DNA from: a virus
Lineage: Duplodnaviria; Caudoviricetes
Strand: one strand, 5' to 3'
DNA: 64,000 bases
Virus record (IMG/VR): IMGVR_UViG_3300013121_000047
Coordinates: 121,442-185,441 of that record
The translations under genes were made by a program, and so were the position numbers. Of the stretch, positions 1 to 10,054 are shown piece by piece; positions within the stretch are counted from its first letter, which is position 1, and each line of letters begins with the position of its first letter. The notes under the pieces were generated by a model. It had not been told where the DNA came from. It saw only the letters and a program-made list of their open reading frames with translations, and made no database searches.

Positions 1-487
1 CGAATACTTTTGCACACGCATATGGAGAAGCTGGCATAAGTTTGGTATTTTCATTTTGTGGAAATTCTGGGTTGTCTCCAAACATTTCGCTGGAGGATGC
101 TTGATAAATTCTTGCGTTTGGAGCAATCTCTTTTGCTGCATTTAAGACGCGCAAAAAACCCATTCCAACAACATCGAGCGTTTCTTCTGAAACATCAAAA
201 GAAGTTTTCACATGGGACTGCGCTGCTAAATTGTAAATTTCATCAGGTTTATATTTTGCGAGAAGTCGATAAATTGAAGAAGCATCACTCATGTTTCCAT
301 ATTCTAGTATAAAATTTGGATTCGTATATATGTGGTCTATTCGAGAAGTTGAAATTATACTCGTTCTGCGTTTCATTCCAACAACTTTGTAACCTTTCTC
401 AAGTAGAAATTCTGCTAAATAACTTCCTGCCTGTCCTGTCACACCTGTGATGAAAGCACAAGGTTGTTTTGTTTTTTGGTTGTCCAT
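1..487 (-). CDS. gmd: GDP-mannose 4,6-dehydratase (runs off left edge of window)
   Basis: Manual translation from ATG 487: MDNQKTKQPCAFITGVTGQAGSYLAEFLLEKGYKVVGMKRRTS, later YQASSSEMFG and PASPYACAK; close to fcl. Not in the ORF track. Confidence 0.92.
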   Translation of the reverse strand, partial: MDNQKTKQPCAFITGVTGQAGSYLAEFLLEKGYKVVGMKRRTSIISTSRIDHIYTNPNFILEYGNMSDASSIYRLLAKYKPDEIYNLAAQSHVKTSFDVSEETLDVVGMGFLRVLNAAKEIAPNARIYQASSSEMFGDNPEFPQNENTKLMPASPYACAKVF

Positions 488-576
488 TTTTTTACAATTC
501 GTTTGAATTATATGAAAAATTTTATTGAATGTCACCCCTTCTTTTTGTAGAAAAACCTTAAAACATCTAACTTAAT

Positions 577-804
577 CTAAATTCTTTTCTTCCTTTTAAT
601 AGATCTTTTTGGCGCAGTGCAGTATATTCCGCCATATGGTGCCATAGAATTTTCTTTGCCTGACTGGCAACATGCCTCAAAATGCAAAATTCCTCCTGTG
701 CTATGGCATTCACAGTCACAAGATTGCACGCCGTCAAACCTTATCGAATTACAAGTTTCTTTATACGAATGTGGTTGTTCTTCTGAACAATCTATTATTA
801 TCAT
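577..804 (-). CDS. Small Cys/His-rich hypothetical protein
   Basis: Fills the gap in the minus-strand operon; CDCECH...ACC motif. Confidence 0.5.
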   Translation of the reverse strand: MIIIDCSEEQPHSYKETCNSIRFDGVQSCDCECHSTGGILHFEACCQSGKENSMAPYGGIYCTAPKRSIKRKKRI

Positions 805-821
805 TTTTAACTTTTCCTTTT

Positions 822-1262
822 TTAATTGAAAATGTTCATATCGATTTCTTCATCTATTTCTGTTTCCACTATGAGAAATCTGTCTTCTTTAAAATAATCT
901 CCAAGTAAAAAATTGAATCGATGATATAAAATATATTCATCATTTTCAGTATACACAAATGAAGAATAAGAAGAAACAGTGAAATTTTTAAGTTTTTCTA
1001 TTGCCGCCATAATATCTTTTATTGATCCAACACCACGAAATGATTCTAAGAATATAGAAACTTGATCATTAAGAATCTTTTCCTGTTTCTCTGATGCTTT
1101 AAACTTTAGTCTCTCTTTTAATTCTTCGAAAGTTTTGTTTTTAGCTTCGTAATATTTCCACAAATAAGAAACAATTCTATCAACAGCTAATAATTCTGAC
1201 GAAAATGATCCCCAAAAATTCAATTCATAATCCCCATAATAAAAAACATTATAAATTTTCAT
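822..1262 (-). CDS. Hypothetical protein
   Basis: 146-aa ORF packed in operon. Confidence 0.65.
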   Translation of the reverse strand: MKIYNVFYYGDYELNFWGSFSSELLAVDRIVSYLWKYYEAKNKTFEELKERLKFKASEKQEKILNDQVSIFLESFRGVGSIKDIMAAIEKLKNFTVSSYSSFVYTENDEYILYHRFNFLLGDYFKEDRFLIVETEIDEEIDMNIFN

Positions 1263-1265
1263 GTT

Positions 1266-2231
1266 TTATTTAAGGGAACCTCTTACATTTGGATAGTTTG
1301 TTAAAAACCAAGAAATGGTTTTTTCTAAACCTTGATTTAAATTGTGATAACTTGGAGTTTTTCCATGAATTTCACTATACGTTGATTCGAAAAGTTTTGT
1401 TGATGCAGTTTTTTTAAACTGTCCATTTGGTTTATTTGTATTCCAAATAATAGTTCCTTTATATTCCATTAATTCTTGAACCAACAAAACTAAACTCTTA
1501 ATAGAGTATTCTTCATAGTTTCCAACATTTACAGTTTCTTGACTTTTGTGGTGGGCCATACAAAACTCTAAATCTCTTGCAACATCTCTTGCGTAAGAAA
1601 ATTGTCTAAGAGGTGTTCCGTTCCCCCAAAATTCAACCTCAGTTAAATTATTTTGTTTTGCTAAAAATATTTTATGAATTACTGATGGTACAACATGACC
1701 ATTTAACAAAGAAAAATTATCATTTTCTCCATACATGTTATTTGGAGTTGCCGTTATAAACTTTACATATCCTAGTTTTTCATTTAAAGCTTTTCCATAT
1801 ATATCTAACATTCTTTTTGCATAAGCATATCCAAAATTTGATTTATGCGGTTCACCATTATGCAAAGTATTTTCTAATATTGGAAGTGCCACTTTATCTG
1901 GATATATACATGTGCTTAGAACCGAGCAAACTTTTTTAGTTTCTTGGCATTCTGCCGCGGCATTTAATACATTTGTGTTAATTTGAATATTGTCATCAAA
2001 AAAAACGGCATTACCAGACATGTTTGCACCTAAACCGCCTACTTTTGCTGCCAAGTGATAAACAAAAGTAGGCTTTGTTGATTTAAAAATTTGCTCAACG
2101 GCGGACCGATTACGAAGATCGGTAGATGAATCTAATAAGATTAAATTATCTAAATTACCGATTTCTTTTAAATGATGAACCAAAGCAGAACCAAGCAGAC
2201 CTGTACTTCCAGTTATTAGAATCTTATCCAT
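1266..2231 (-). CDS. fcl: GDP-L-fucose synthase
   Basis: ITGSTGLLG Rossmann motif, HLAAKVGG, STCIYP, YAYAK, WGNGTPLRQF. Confidence 0.92.
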   Translation of the reverse strand: MDKILITGSTGLLGSALVHHLKEIGNLDNLILLDSSTDLRNRSAVEQIFKSTKPTFVYHLAAKVGGLGANMSGNAVFFDDNIQINTNVLNAAAECQETKKVCSVLSTCIYPDKVALPILENTLHNGEPHKSNFGYAYAKRMLDIYGKALNEKLGYVKFITATPNNMYGENDNFSLLNGHVVPSVIHKIFLAKQNNLTEVEFWGNGTPLRQFSYARDVARDLEFCMAHHKSQETVNVGNYEEYSIKSLVLLVQELMEYKGTIIWNTNKPNGQFKKTASTKLFESTYSEIHGKTPSYHNLNQGLEKTISWFLTNYPNVRGSLK

Positions 2232-2234
2232 TTT

Positions 2235-2879
2235 TTACTCTTTTACAAAAACATAATTTTCATTATCGAGAACAAATTTAAGTTTGTAACCAATTTCATC
2301 CATAAAATTTAAAGCTTCTTGAACGTGATGATTTCTTTTTCCGAGGGCATGGTTTAATTCAACAAGTACCAAAGGGTTCTGTTCTGTTAAAACTTGTTTG
2401 CTGCCTAAAAGAACTTCATAATCATATGAATCAACATCAATTTTTATCAAATCAACTTTTAAATTATTTGTTTTTACAAAAGTATCTAAGGTAATAAAAG
2501 AAAATTGTTTATCGTCGACGATTCCTTGCGACCAAACTTTAAATATTCTATCGTTTTTTATTTCGTCTTTTTCACCAAGCGGCTGTGTTTGAAGTGAGAC
2601 ATTATCTTGACATGAGTTGTATGCCAAATTTTCTTTCAACATTTCAATTGTATCGGTTGGTTCAAAAGCATAAACCTTACCTTCGTAAGCGAGTTTAGCA
2701 AATGGGACGGTATACATTCCAATATTAGCCCCAGCATCAATTATAGTAAAATTTGGTTTGATATAGTTGCATAAAAATTCTTTTGTATTCCTTTCAGCGG
2801 ATGTAAACCACCCAGCATCAGATCCATAATATCTAGGAAAATTATATGAAACGCCTTGTTTATAGTTTATAGTTATCAT
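2235..2879 (-). CDS. FkbM-family methyltransferase
   Basis: IIDAGANIGMYT, YAFEP, LIKIDVD. Confidence 0.85.
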   Translation of the reverse strand: MITINYKQGVSYNFPRYYGSDAGWFTSAERNTKEFLCNYIKPNFTIIDAGANIGMYTVPFAKLAYEGKVYAFEPTDTIEMLKENLAYNSCQDNVSLQTQPLGEKDEIKNDRIFKVWSQGIVDDKQFSFITLDTFVKTNNLKVDLIKIDVDSYDYEVLLGSKQVLTEQNPLVLVELNHALGKRNHHVQEALNFMDEIGYKLKFVLDNENYVFVKE

Positions 2880-3454
2880 TCTTTACTTACCTCTGGTGTA
2901 AAAATTCCAACGCCCGCATCAACCTCTGCTTCTTGCAAACAATAATGTTTATAGTTTCCAGTACCATAAAGTTTATCAATACTTGGTTTTACAAATTGAT
3001 AATCCAAAGCTTGTCCTTTGTATTTGTCAAAACCAAACTTAGCTTTGCCGTCTGCATCTGGTACATAAAAATCATGAATTACAACAACTGGTTTTAATCC
3101 ATATTTTTTCATTGTTAAAATTTCATCATGAATTGGCCAATAGTCTCCCCAATGCGCATCAAGAAAAAACAAAACATTCTTTAAGTCTCTTTCTTCTAAA
3201 ATTTCATCTAACACATCTGGAGATGATCCAAAAAAGCGATATACATTTTTTGAGTCTTTTAAATAGTCGTTGGCTATTTCATAGTTTTCTTTATTTATTT
3301 CTATTGTAAAAACTGGCAATTCAAATTCAGCTAGTTTTTTAGCAGACCAACCACGATAGGTTCCTGTTTCTACAATAGTGTCTATTTTATATTCTTTTAT
3401 TAGTTTAGCAATTTCCTTGTAGACATACTTGTCTTCTATTGCACCTTTTTCCAT
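2876..3454 (-). CDS. Class I SAM-dependent methyltransferase-like protein
   Basis: IVETGTYRGWS, TIEIN, FFLDAH, VIHDF. Confidence 0.75.
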   Translation of the reverse strand: MEKGAIEDKYVYKEIAKLIKEYKIDTIVETGTYRGWSAKKLAEFELPVFTIEINKENYEIANDYLKDSKNVYRFFGSSPDVLDEILEERDLKNVLFFLDAHWGDYWPIHDEILTMKKYGLKPVVVIHDFYVPDADGKAKFGFDKYKGQALDYQFVKPSIDKLYGTGNYKHYCLQEAEVDAGVGIFTPEVSKE

Positions 3455-3455
3455 T

Positions 3456-4979
3456 TTAATCTCTTACCTCGTATTGAAATAAATCACCATATATTTTTTT
3501 CACTTCTTCAACCACATCTTTGCATTCGTTGATTACAACTTTATATCCTTCTTTAGCAAGACCTACCGCAAACAGTAGTTGCTGTGACTCTTCTATTAGA
3601 TTAGATTCTTGTTTGTATGTAACTGAATCAAATTTAACAGCTTTTAATTTATCTTGGTTTTCATTTTTGAAAAATTTAATTTGTTCTTGCAAATGAAGTT
3701 TGTTTGACTCATCTGCGGCATTACTTATTTTTGAAGGCATATCAAGGTCTTTTGCAAAAATGCCCAATGCTCTGCCATCTCGTGGCAAACAATTATGAAC
3801 TGTACAATTCTCCAAAACATAAGATTCGTCTTCATCAACTTCTAAATTATAAACCAATCCATTGTAATATTCTTTTTCTGCAAAAATTAGTTTGTGTTTG
3901 CTAAAAGTATTTTCTACCGTAATCGTTGGCATAACAATTTTATCAGTCGATGTTAGTTCATCGGCAACAATAAATAATTTCTTATTTTGTCTTTCAACTA
4001 AAACTGGGTGATTTGGAGTTAGTGGTGTACTTTTATTGTCAAATCCGCTAGATTTGATCACAATCATTTCTCCATCGTATGGTTTAGCATAATTTTTTAT
4101 TATTTTTCGATATCTTCCTTTATGTGTTAACACATAGTCTCCAACAGAAATTCTTACAATTGGCTTTAATCCATTTTTGGTTTGTACTAATTGATTTGGT
4201 TTTAAACACGGACCGCCGAATCCATATCCATGTTTCAAGAATTTATTTCCAACTCTAGAGTCGGAACCTATTGCACTTAATACCGTATCTGGATTGCCTC
4301 CTGCTTTTTTAACAATATCTCCGACCATGTTGGCATATGCAATTTTTGTTGTTAAAAAGCAATTTAAACCAATTTTTGTAATTTCTGCTTCCAACGGAGT
4401 CATTCTTGCAAATTTGGGCTTATTAACAGTATGGGTTTCATATATCTCTTGCAGTAAATCACCAGAAGCTTTATTTGCTTCGCCAATCAATACCATGTCT
4501 GGATTTTCTTGATCTCTTAAAATTGTACCTTGAGCAATAAATTCTGGATTATATGAAACAACATAGTTTAATTCGAGTAATTCATTTTTAATCGAATCAC
4601 AATATCCTGGCATTACAGTGCAGGTTATTACAAGATTTTTTTGAGTTTCTTGCCGTCCAATTTCTTTTAATTTCTGAATTACACTGTCTACCTGCGCGTG
4701 ACTGTATCGTCCGTCGGGCAGGGATGGAGTAGCAACAATTACAAAAAGTGTATCGGAATGTTCTACGGCCTCTCTCATTGAGGTTGTGGCACGAAACTGC
4801 CTAGACTTATCCAATAAATCATTTAAACCAGGTTCAGAACTACGATATTGTTTTGTGTTTATTAAATCTACATAAGATTGATGTAGGTCAACACCTAATA
4901 CATTATATCCATGTTTTTCTAAAGTTAGTGCAAAGCAAAGACCTAATTTTCCGATTCCTATGATTGATAGTTTTTTCAT
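3456..4979 (-). CDS. ugd: UDP-glucose/GDP-mannose dehydrogenase family protein containing a mini-intein
   Basis: IIGIGKLG, YNPEFIAQG, and GYGFGGP|intein|CLPRD, where the catalytic Cys motif is restored after splicing. Confidence 0.9.
   Translation of the reverse strand: MKKLSIIGIGKLGLCFALTLEKHGYNVLGVDLHQSYVDLINTKQYRSSEPGLNDLLDKSRQFRATTSMREAVEHSDTLFVIVATPSLPDGRYSHAQVDSVIQKLKEIGRQETQKNLVITCTVMPGYCDSIKNELLELNYVVSYNPEFIAQGTILRDQENPDMVLIGEANKASGDLLQEIYETHTVNKPKFARMTPLEAEITKIGLNCFLTTKIAYANMVGDIVKKAGGNPDTVLSAIGSDSRVGNKFLKHGYGFGGPCLKPNQLVQTKNGLKPIVRISVGDYVLTHKGRYRKIIKNYAKPYDGEMIVIKSSGFDNKSTPLTPNHPVLVERQNKKLFIVADELTSTDKIVMPTITVENTFSKHKLIFAEKEYYNGLVYNLEVDEDESYVLENCTVHNCLPRDGRALGIFAKDLDMPSKISNAADESNKLHLQEQIKFFKNENQDKLKAVKFDSVTYKQESNLIEESQQLLFAVGLAKEGYKVVINECKDVVEEVKKIYGDLFQYEVRD
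3792..4208 (-). other. Cis mini-intein (139 aa, no endonuclease) in ugd
   Basis: Starts CLKPNQLV, block B LTPNHPV, block F VYNLEVDEDESY, ends VHN followed by Cys. Confidence 0.93.
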
Positions 4980-5007
4980 TTGATGGATTGATTTTAACCA
5001 AAAACCA

Positions 5008-5457
5008 TTAAAATGTTTTTGGTTGGTTTAAAACCCAGACACATTCGGAAATAGGATTAATCCAAATCATAGATTTTCGTTTTTCCAACATTTGTTGAAA
5101 CACATTATGTGTGCCCCCTTTATTTCCATCAAAAACAACTATTCCACAATTTGCGTCTTCTACCATTTTAGAATTCTTTGCGTAAAAAATTTCTTTTGCA
5201 AATTTTAAACACTTATCCCTTAATTCTTTTTCTTCTGGATATAAGTCTCCTTGCTCTTTAAATGGAACATAGGCATAATATGGAATGTTTAAATTTATTA
5301 GAGTTTCACAAAAGATAAGATCTACTCCACCAGCCATGCCAGAAATTCCAATACTTGGATTTATTTCCAAAACCGCATCTTCTATTGCTTTTCTAATCCA
5401 ATCAATATTATAAGTTTTCAACTTATGCAAACGATGACCAGAAATTATACATTTCAT
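5008..5457 (-). CDS. SLOG-superfamily (YspA/DUF1273-like) protein
   Basis: ISGHR, ISGMAGGVD, VPF..Q, VFDGNKGGT. Confidence 0.8.
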   Translation of the reverse strand: MKCIISGHRLHKLKTYNIDWIRKAIEDAVLEINPSIGISGMAGGVDLIFCETLINLNIPYYAYVPFKEQGDLYPEEKELRDKCLKFAKEIFYAKNSKMVEDANCGIVVFDGNKGGTHNVFQQMLEKRKSMIWINPISECVWVLNQPKTF

Positions 5458-6192
5458 TTAGAGATCCCCTGTTTTATTATTATTGTTAATAAATAATATA
5501 TTTTCCCAAAGATCAATTGATCTTTGTTTTATAATTGCTGATGCGTTTTCAACAGAGAGTATATTTTCTTTTTGAATTTCTCCTAAGAAACATGTATAAT
5601 TATTAGATTTTAGCCAAAGGACGGCATCTTCTATTGTATAATTTTGTTCCTTAAAACAGTCACCATACTCAAATTGTCCCGCACTGACTTTACCGAGGCG
5701 AAACATAGTTTCAGCACCTTTAAGAACATTTATTTCATGTCCTTCAGTGTCAATTTTTAAATAATCTATATATTGTATTGAATGTTCTTGAACAAATATA
5801 TCCAATGTAGTAATTTCAACATCCATCATTTGCAACTCGCAATTTGTTATTTTTTCAAAAATTGGGCGTTTGTATAAACTAGCAAGTCTTGAAATATTAT
5901 CTTTTTCTTTAAATTCGTACGGAACATACAGTGTTCCTTTTTTTTCTGTATCTCCAAGCGCTATATTAAAAAAATAAACATTTTCAATATTTGGGTCTTT
6001 CGCATTTTTATTTGGTTCAAATGCAAAAAATTCCAGTTCCGACCCAAGGACTGAATAAGCATCTGCCAAAAATTCGCCACGGTTATACCCCACATCAATT
6101 ATTACTGGGATTGGATTTATTTTGTTTTTGTAAATGAAATTATAAGCACTTTTAAGACAAAGGTCATCTTGTGTAAACATTATGCTTAACAA
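5458..6192 (-). CDS. FkbM-family methyltransferase (start may be the ATG at 6180)
   Basis: IIDVGYNRG, AFEPN, YLKIDTEGHE, QFEYG. Confidence 0.85.
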   Translation of the reverse strand: MLSIMFTQDDLCLKSAYNFIYKNKINPIPVIIDVGYNRGEFLADAYSVLGSELEFFAFEPNKNAKDPNIENVYFFNIALGDTEKKGTLYVPYEFKEKDNISRLASLYKRPIFEKITNCELQMMDVEITTLDIFVQEHSIQYIDYLKIDTEGHEINVLKGAETMFRLGKVSAGQFEYGDCFKEQNYTIEDAVLWLKSNNYTCFLGEIQKENILSVENASAIIKQRSIDLWENILFINNNNKTGDL

Positions 6193-6253
6193 TATTAAGC
6201 TTATAGTTCAAAAATGTTTTTCTAACATTAAGCACTTTTCGAATAAAATATTT

Positions 6254-6970
6254 TTAAAGATCTCCTGTGCTATTATTATAACCAAGAGTATCTAAACTAT
6301 TATTAACAAAACGTAAATTTTCGCCAAGATTTGTGTAATAATTAAAATCCAAAGCTAATATTTGATTTATGATTTGCGAATTGTTTGGTGCGTTTTCATA
6401 TTGTCTTGTTGTGTCGCCTTCTACGTCAAGAAAAACAACATTCTTTAAGTGTTCCTTAAAACTTTTAACAATATCTAAATCTTTTCCTTGTGCATCAATT
6501 TTAACCATTTCAATTTTGTCATATTTGATTTTATCTAGCAAATATTTCATTGAAATAGTATCAACTTTAATGATATCTTGCAATTGACAACCGACAAAAT
6601 TTTCAAATTTAGGTTTTAATAAACTTGAACAACCGACATTTACAGTGGTACGGTAAAAATCACATTTTTCAGGTTTTTCTACATTATCTACTGCACAGCA
6701 TAGGTGATAATAGTTATCACTTTTTGGGTGACCTTCAAATGCTAATTTTATATTTGTAATTTTATTATTCCAAATATTTTGACCCTCATAGCAATCTGGA
6801 TTTGGATCTATTCCAATAACAAAAATATTTTCATCAATATTATCAAACCAGAATTTAGTTACTGGCGAACAAATTGAAGTTCCGATATCAATTCGAAATT
6901 TTGTTCCATTTTTAAGTTTTGAATTAATAAAATCAAAATCAATATTTTCAAGTGAGGCTGCGTACTTCAT
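6254..6970 (-). CDS. FkbM-like methyltransferase
   Basis: RIDIG, IGIDPNP, GCSSLLKP, VKIDAQGKDLDI. Confidence 0.75.
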   Translation of the reverse strand: MKYAASLENIDFDFINSKLKNGTKFRIDIGTSICSPVTKFWFDNIDENIFVIGIDPNPDCYEGQNIWNNKITNIKLAFEGHPKSDNYYHLCCAVDNVEKPEKCDFYRTTVNVGCSSLLKPKFENFVGCQLQDIIKVDTISMKYLLDKIKYDKIEMVKIDAQGKDLDIVKSFKEHLKNVVFLDVEGDTTRQYENAPNNSQIINQILALDFNYYTNLGENLRFVNNSLDTLGYNNSTGDL

Positions 6971-7049
6971 CTCCTGGATTTTATAAACAATAACAAGAAA
7001 ATGTAAAATTGCATTTCTTTCAATATTTATTTTTGGAGATTTATATTAA

Positions 7050-7508
7050 ATGTCTTTAGGAACACGTACAGATGAAACATCTGGCATAGTAACAACAAAT
7101 AACAGTTCTGGTTTTAGCGTAGCCAGAAGTACATCAAACGTAGGCTTTGGTCCATATAAAGTAGATTCAATTCAAGCTTTAACTGCTTCCTCTACTTTGG
7201 TTGCTGGAGATGCTGGCGTCAATACAGTTTCTGGTTCTTCGGTAATAACTTTGGTTATGCCGACAGTAGCAAGTGCACCAGGAGCAGAATTTATTTTTAG
7301 AAACCTTAGCGCTCATGCACACGTTTTAACTGCTTCTCAAGAATCACTGGGAACAAAATCTTTTCTTTCTATACAATCAGGATCAGTTGGTTTTGGTTCA
7401 AAACTAACACTTAGCAGTTCAGTTGGTTGCTCAGTTGTATTAAAATGTGATGGCTTAGTTTATCACGTATTGTCATACTCTGGCTCTATCGCAATCAGTG
7501 GAACATAA
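7050..7508 (+). CDS. Ser/Thr/Gly-rich putative virion structural or decoration protein
   Basis: Low-charge, beta-rich composition; GGAG RBS and TATTTA upstream; opposite strand to neighbours. Confidence 0.55.
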   Translation: MSLGTRTDETSGIVTTNNSSGFSVARSTSNVGFGPYKVDSIQALTASSTLVAGDAGVNTVSGSSVITLVMPTVASAPGAEFIFRNLSAHAHVLTASQESLGTKSFLSIQSGSVGFGSKLTLSSSVGCSVVLKCDGLVYHVLSYSGSIAISGT

Positions 7509-8339
7509 TTATATTAATCCATCATATCCAATAAACATCTTTAAGTTTTCATATGTTTTGTGATAAAAACCTGTTTTACAGTAAGTAATTTTATCTCTTA
7601 ACAAATGAACAATATAACTTAAAGAACTGTTTGCCATTACAAAAACATCAGAATATAACATCTTTTCAAATGAATCTAGAGGATACTCTTCAATAAAAAA
7701 AGAAGTATCTTCTGCTTTTAAAAAACTAAAGTCTTCAATAGATCCTTGTGAATATATTTGAAATTTTGGATTTTTTGATTTATATGTTTCTCGCAATCCA
7801 TCTACTAAATTTAGATAATAATCTTCTTTTTCTTTTGAGAAATAATCCCTAAAAGGAGAAGGGTCTAAATCTGTTTTTGTAAATTTTCTAATATGGACAG
7901 CGATGATAAAGTCATTTTTTCGATTTTCTTGTTTTAAATTAAATCTATTTTTTATTTGTTTGATAAAACCATGTTTTTCAAATTCTTGTAAATACTGCTG
8001 ACCTAATTTTGTTACCAATCCTGGGTCTAGTTCTAATTCAAGATTGAAATCCGATTGTCTTGATACAAACTTTTTAAATTCATCTTCTGATGAAACCGAT
8101 ATTTTTTCAGGCCGAACCGTTTCATTTTCATATAAATTAAAAAGATGATTTATGTCATCCATAAATCTTTCTTGTGTTATATCAAAATATTGGTAATGTG
8201 TAAAATTTTTAAAACCTCTAAAAATATAGTTACAATTAAAAAGTTGGCTTAAAGCTTTGGTAAACAGTTGTGATTGTACCATTACACCAATACCTTCAAT
8301 GTTGCCGCCATCGGGATTTGTCGAAAGATATATTGCCAT
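7509..8339 (-). CDS. Fucosyltransferase-like glycosyltransferase (GT11/GT23-like)
   Basis: IAVHIRK and SDVFVMANSSLSY motifs; close to GDP-fucose genes. Confidence 0.6.
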   Translation of the reverse strand: MAIYLSTNPDGGNIEGIGVMVQSQLFTKALSQLFNCNYIFRGFKNFTHYQYFDITQERFMDDINHLFNLYENETVRPEKISVSSEDEFKKFVSRQSDFNLELELDPGLVTKLGQQYLQEFEKHGFIKQIKNRFNLKQENRKNDFIIAVHIRKFTKTDLDPSPFRDYFSKEKEDYYLNLVDGLRETYKSKNPKFQIYSQGSIEDFSFLKAEDTSFFIEEYPLDSFEKMLYSDVFVMANSSLSYIVHLLRDKITYCKTGFYHKTYENLKMFIGYDGLI

Positions 8340-8419
8340 ATTTTATGTTTCCTTTTTTAGTTCCGTTAGTTCCTCAGTTTTTTTATTTTTCATAAAATGG
8401 GAAATTGATTTTCAATTTT

Positions 8420-9250
8420 TTAATCCTTTACTTTTAAATCTAGTTCAACATGAACTGTGTTGAATTTTTTTCCAAAGTAAAATTTTTCATCTAATCGTTT
8501 TCCATCTAAAAACAAATAGTTTAAATTGTCTGCGGTTTTTATATTTGCATGTCTATTCATAAATTTCGTTTGAACAATATTGGCAGGAATGTTAAAAAGT
8601 TTTGGTTCGTGTCTATAGCAAACATACAATGGATAACTTTGATCTGCTGTGGTAGCAAGCATTGCTTCAAGTTCATTCGGAGTGTTAAACACTACAGCTG
8701 CGATTTTAGTCAAAATATCTTCAGTTCTAAAAACATTACCATCAACTGACATAGGATATCCCCAATCTCCATTTAATCCGATCCAACTCCAAACATTATC
8801 ACCATCAAATGATGGTGGCGGAGTTTTTTGGTTTATCGAATAACAGAAATCAATCCCTTCCCAAAGTCTAAGCGAAGTTGCAATAATTTTTTGATTTTGT
8901 TTTAAAATTTGTATTTCTTTATCAGAAATTGACCAATTGTTCGAAAATATAATATCATCACACAAAAACATGGTAAAATATTTTTCAGAATCCAACACTT
9001 TAAACAGGGTTTGTTTAAATGATCCAAATTCTTTGTCTGTGTAAAACTTAACATTTTCAAATGTTTCTTCTTTTAAAATCTCATACCCTTCATAAAATTC
9101 CATATTTGTAAAATCATAGATTACACTTACAGTAGAATTGTCGAATTCTTTAAATGTAGTTTTTAAACTTTTCAACAAAAGATCTAATTGAGAAGCTCTG
9201 TTTCTACTAAAAACCACAATGTTAATTTTGTCGTTCATGTCGAAAGTCAA
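8420..9250 (-). CDS. Putative glycosyltransferase (GT-A fold)
   Basis: IVVFSRNRASQL...MFLCDDIIF, WGYPMSVDG. Confidence 0.6.
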   Translation of the reverse strand: MTFDMNDKINIVVFSRNRASQLDLLLKSLKTTFKEFDNSTVSVIYDFTNMEFYEGYEILKEETFENVKFYTDKEFGSFKQTLFKVLDSEKYFTMFLCDDIIFSNNWSISDKEIQILKQNQKIIATSLRLWEGIDFCYSINQKTPPPSFDGDNVWSWIGLNGDWGYPMSVDGNVFRTEDILTKIAAVVFNTPNELEAMLATTADQSYPLYVCYRHEPKLFNIPANIVQTKFMNRHANIKTADNLNYLFLDGKRLDEKFYFGKKFNTVHVELDLKVKD

Positions 9251-9272
9251 GTATAATACTTAGCATTATAAA

Positions 9273-10052
9273 ATGCTCAAAAAATTTATTTTTGAAACCA
9301 CTGCTAAGCTAATGGTTAAAGACACCTGGTATATTGATAAATTAAAAGATGAAATCCGTAAACTAGATCTCTCAGATGAAAAAGAAGAAGAATTTTATAA
9401 CTTTGCAATTTCTGGTACGGAAAAAGAACAAGAAAAAAATCTTCATTCTATTATAGAACCTGCGTTAAAAGAACTTTCGCATGAATGGAACGGTTCTAAT
9501 GTTTTCATTGCTCCAAATATGCAGTTCGGATACGAAAAATTTGCGACAGATCCTATGGAAGATTCATTTATCTATGTTACAGATTCTGAATACAGTCCAG
9601 ACTTGGACATTCCTAGTTTTACTATGTTTGTAGATTCTGAAACTAGAAAATATCTAATCGATGATATTTTGGAAGCTGGTGATAGAGACTTTTTTAAAAA
9701 TCCTTCTGTCGAAGCTGATTATTTTAATCTTGTCAACTTCTTAAAAAGTGGCAAACTGAAAAAATCGAAATCAGTTACAGTTTATACAGCTCGTCCTAGA
9801 AAAGATCGTGAAACTATACAGAATCTAGTAGATAAAGGTCTCTTTTTTAAGAATATATTTGTAACAACCTCATTTGAAGAAGCTGAAGGTTATGCCTACG
9901 AATTGGCCTCAAGTGAAACAAGAGATATTTGGTACTTAAAAATTGACCAAAAGCATTTAATTGAGACATTAAATGCAAATGGAGTGAGAAACTATCAAAC
10001 TTTCTCAAGCAAAGAAGAGTATGTGCCGATCATTGAAGGAAATTTAATATAA
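9273..10052 (+). CDS. Hypothetical protein
   Basis: 259-aa ORF. Confidence 0.7.
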   Translation: MLKKFIFETTAKLMVKDTWYIDKLKDEIRKLDLSDEKEEEFYNFAISGTEKEQEKNLHSIIEPALKELSHEWNGSNVFIAPNMQFGYEKFATDPMEDSFIYVTDSEYSPDLDIPSFTMFVDSETRKYLIDDILEAGDRDFFKNPSVEADYFNLVNFLKSGKLKKSKSVTVYTARPRKDRETIQNLVDKGLFFKNIFVTTSFEEAEGYAYELASSETRDIWYLKIDQKHLIETLNANGVRNYQTFSSKEEYVPIIEGNLI

Positions 10053-10054
10053 AA

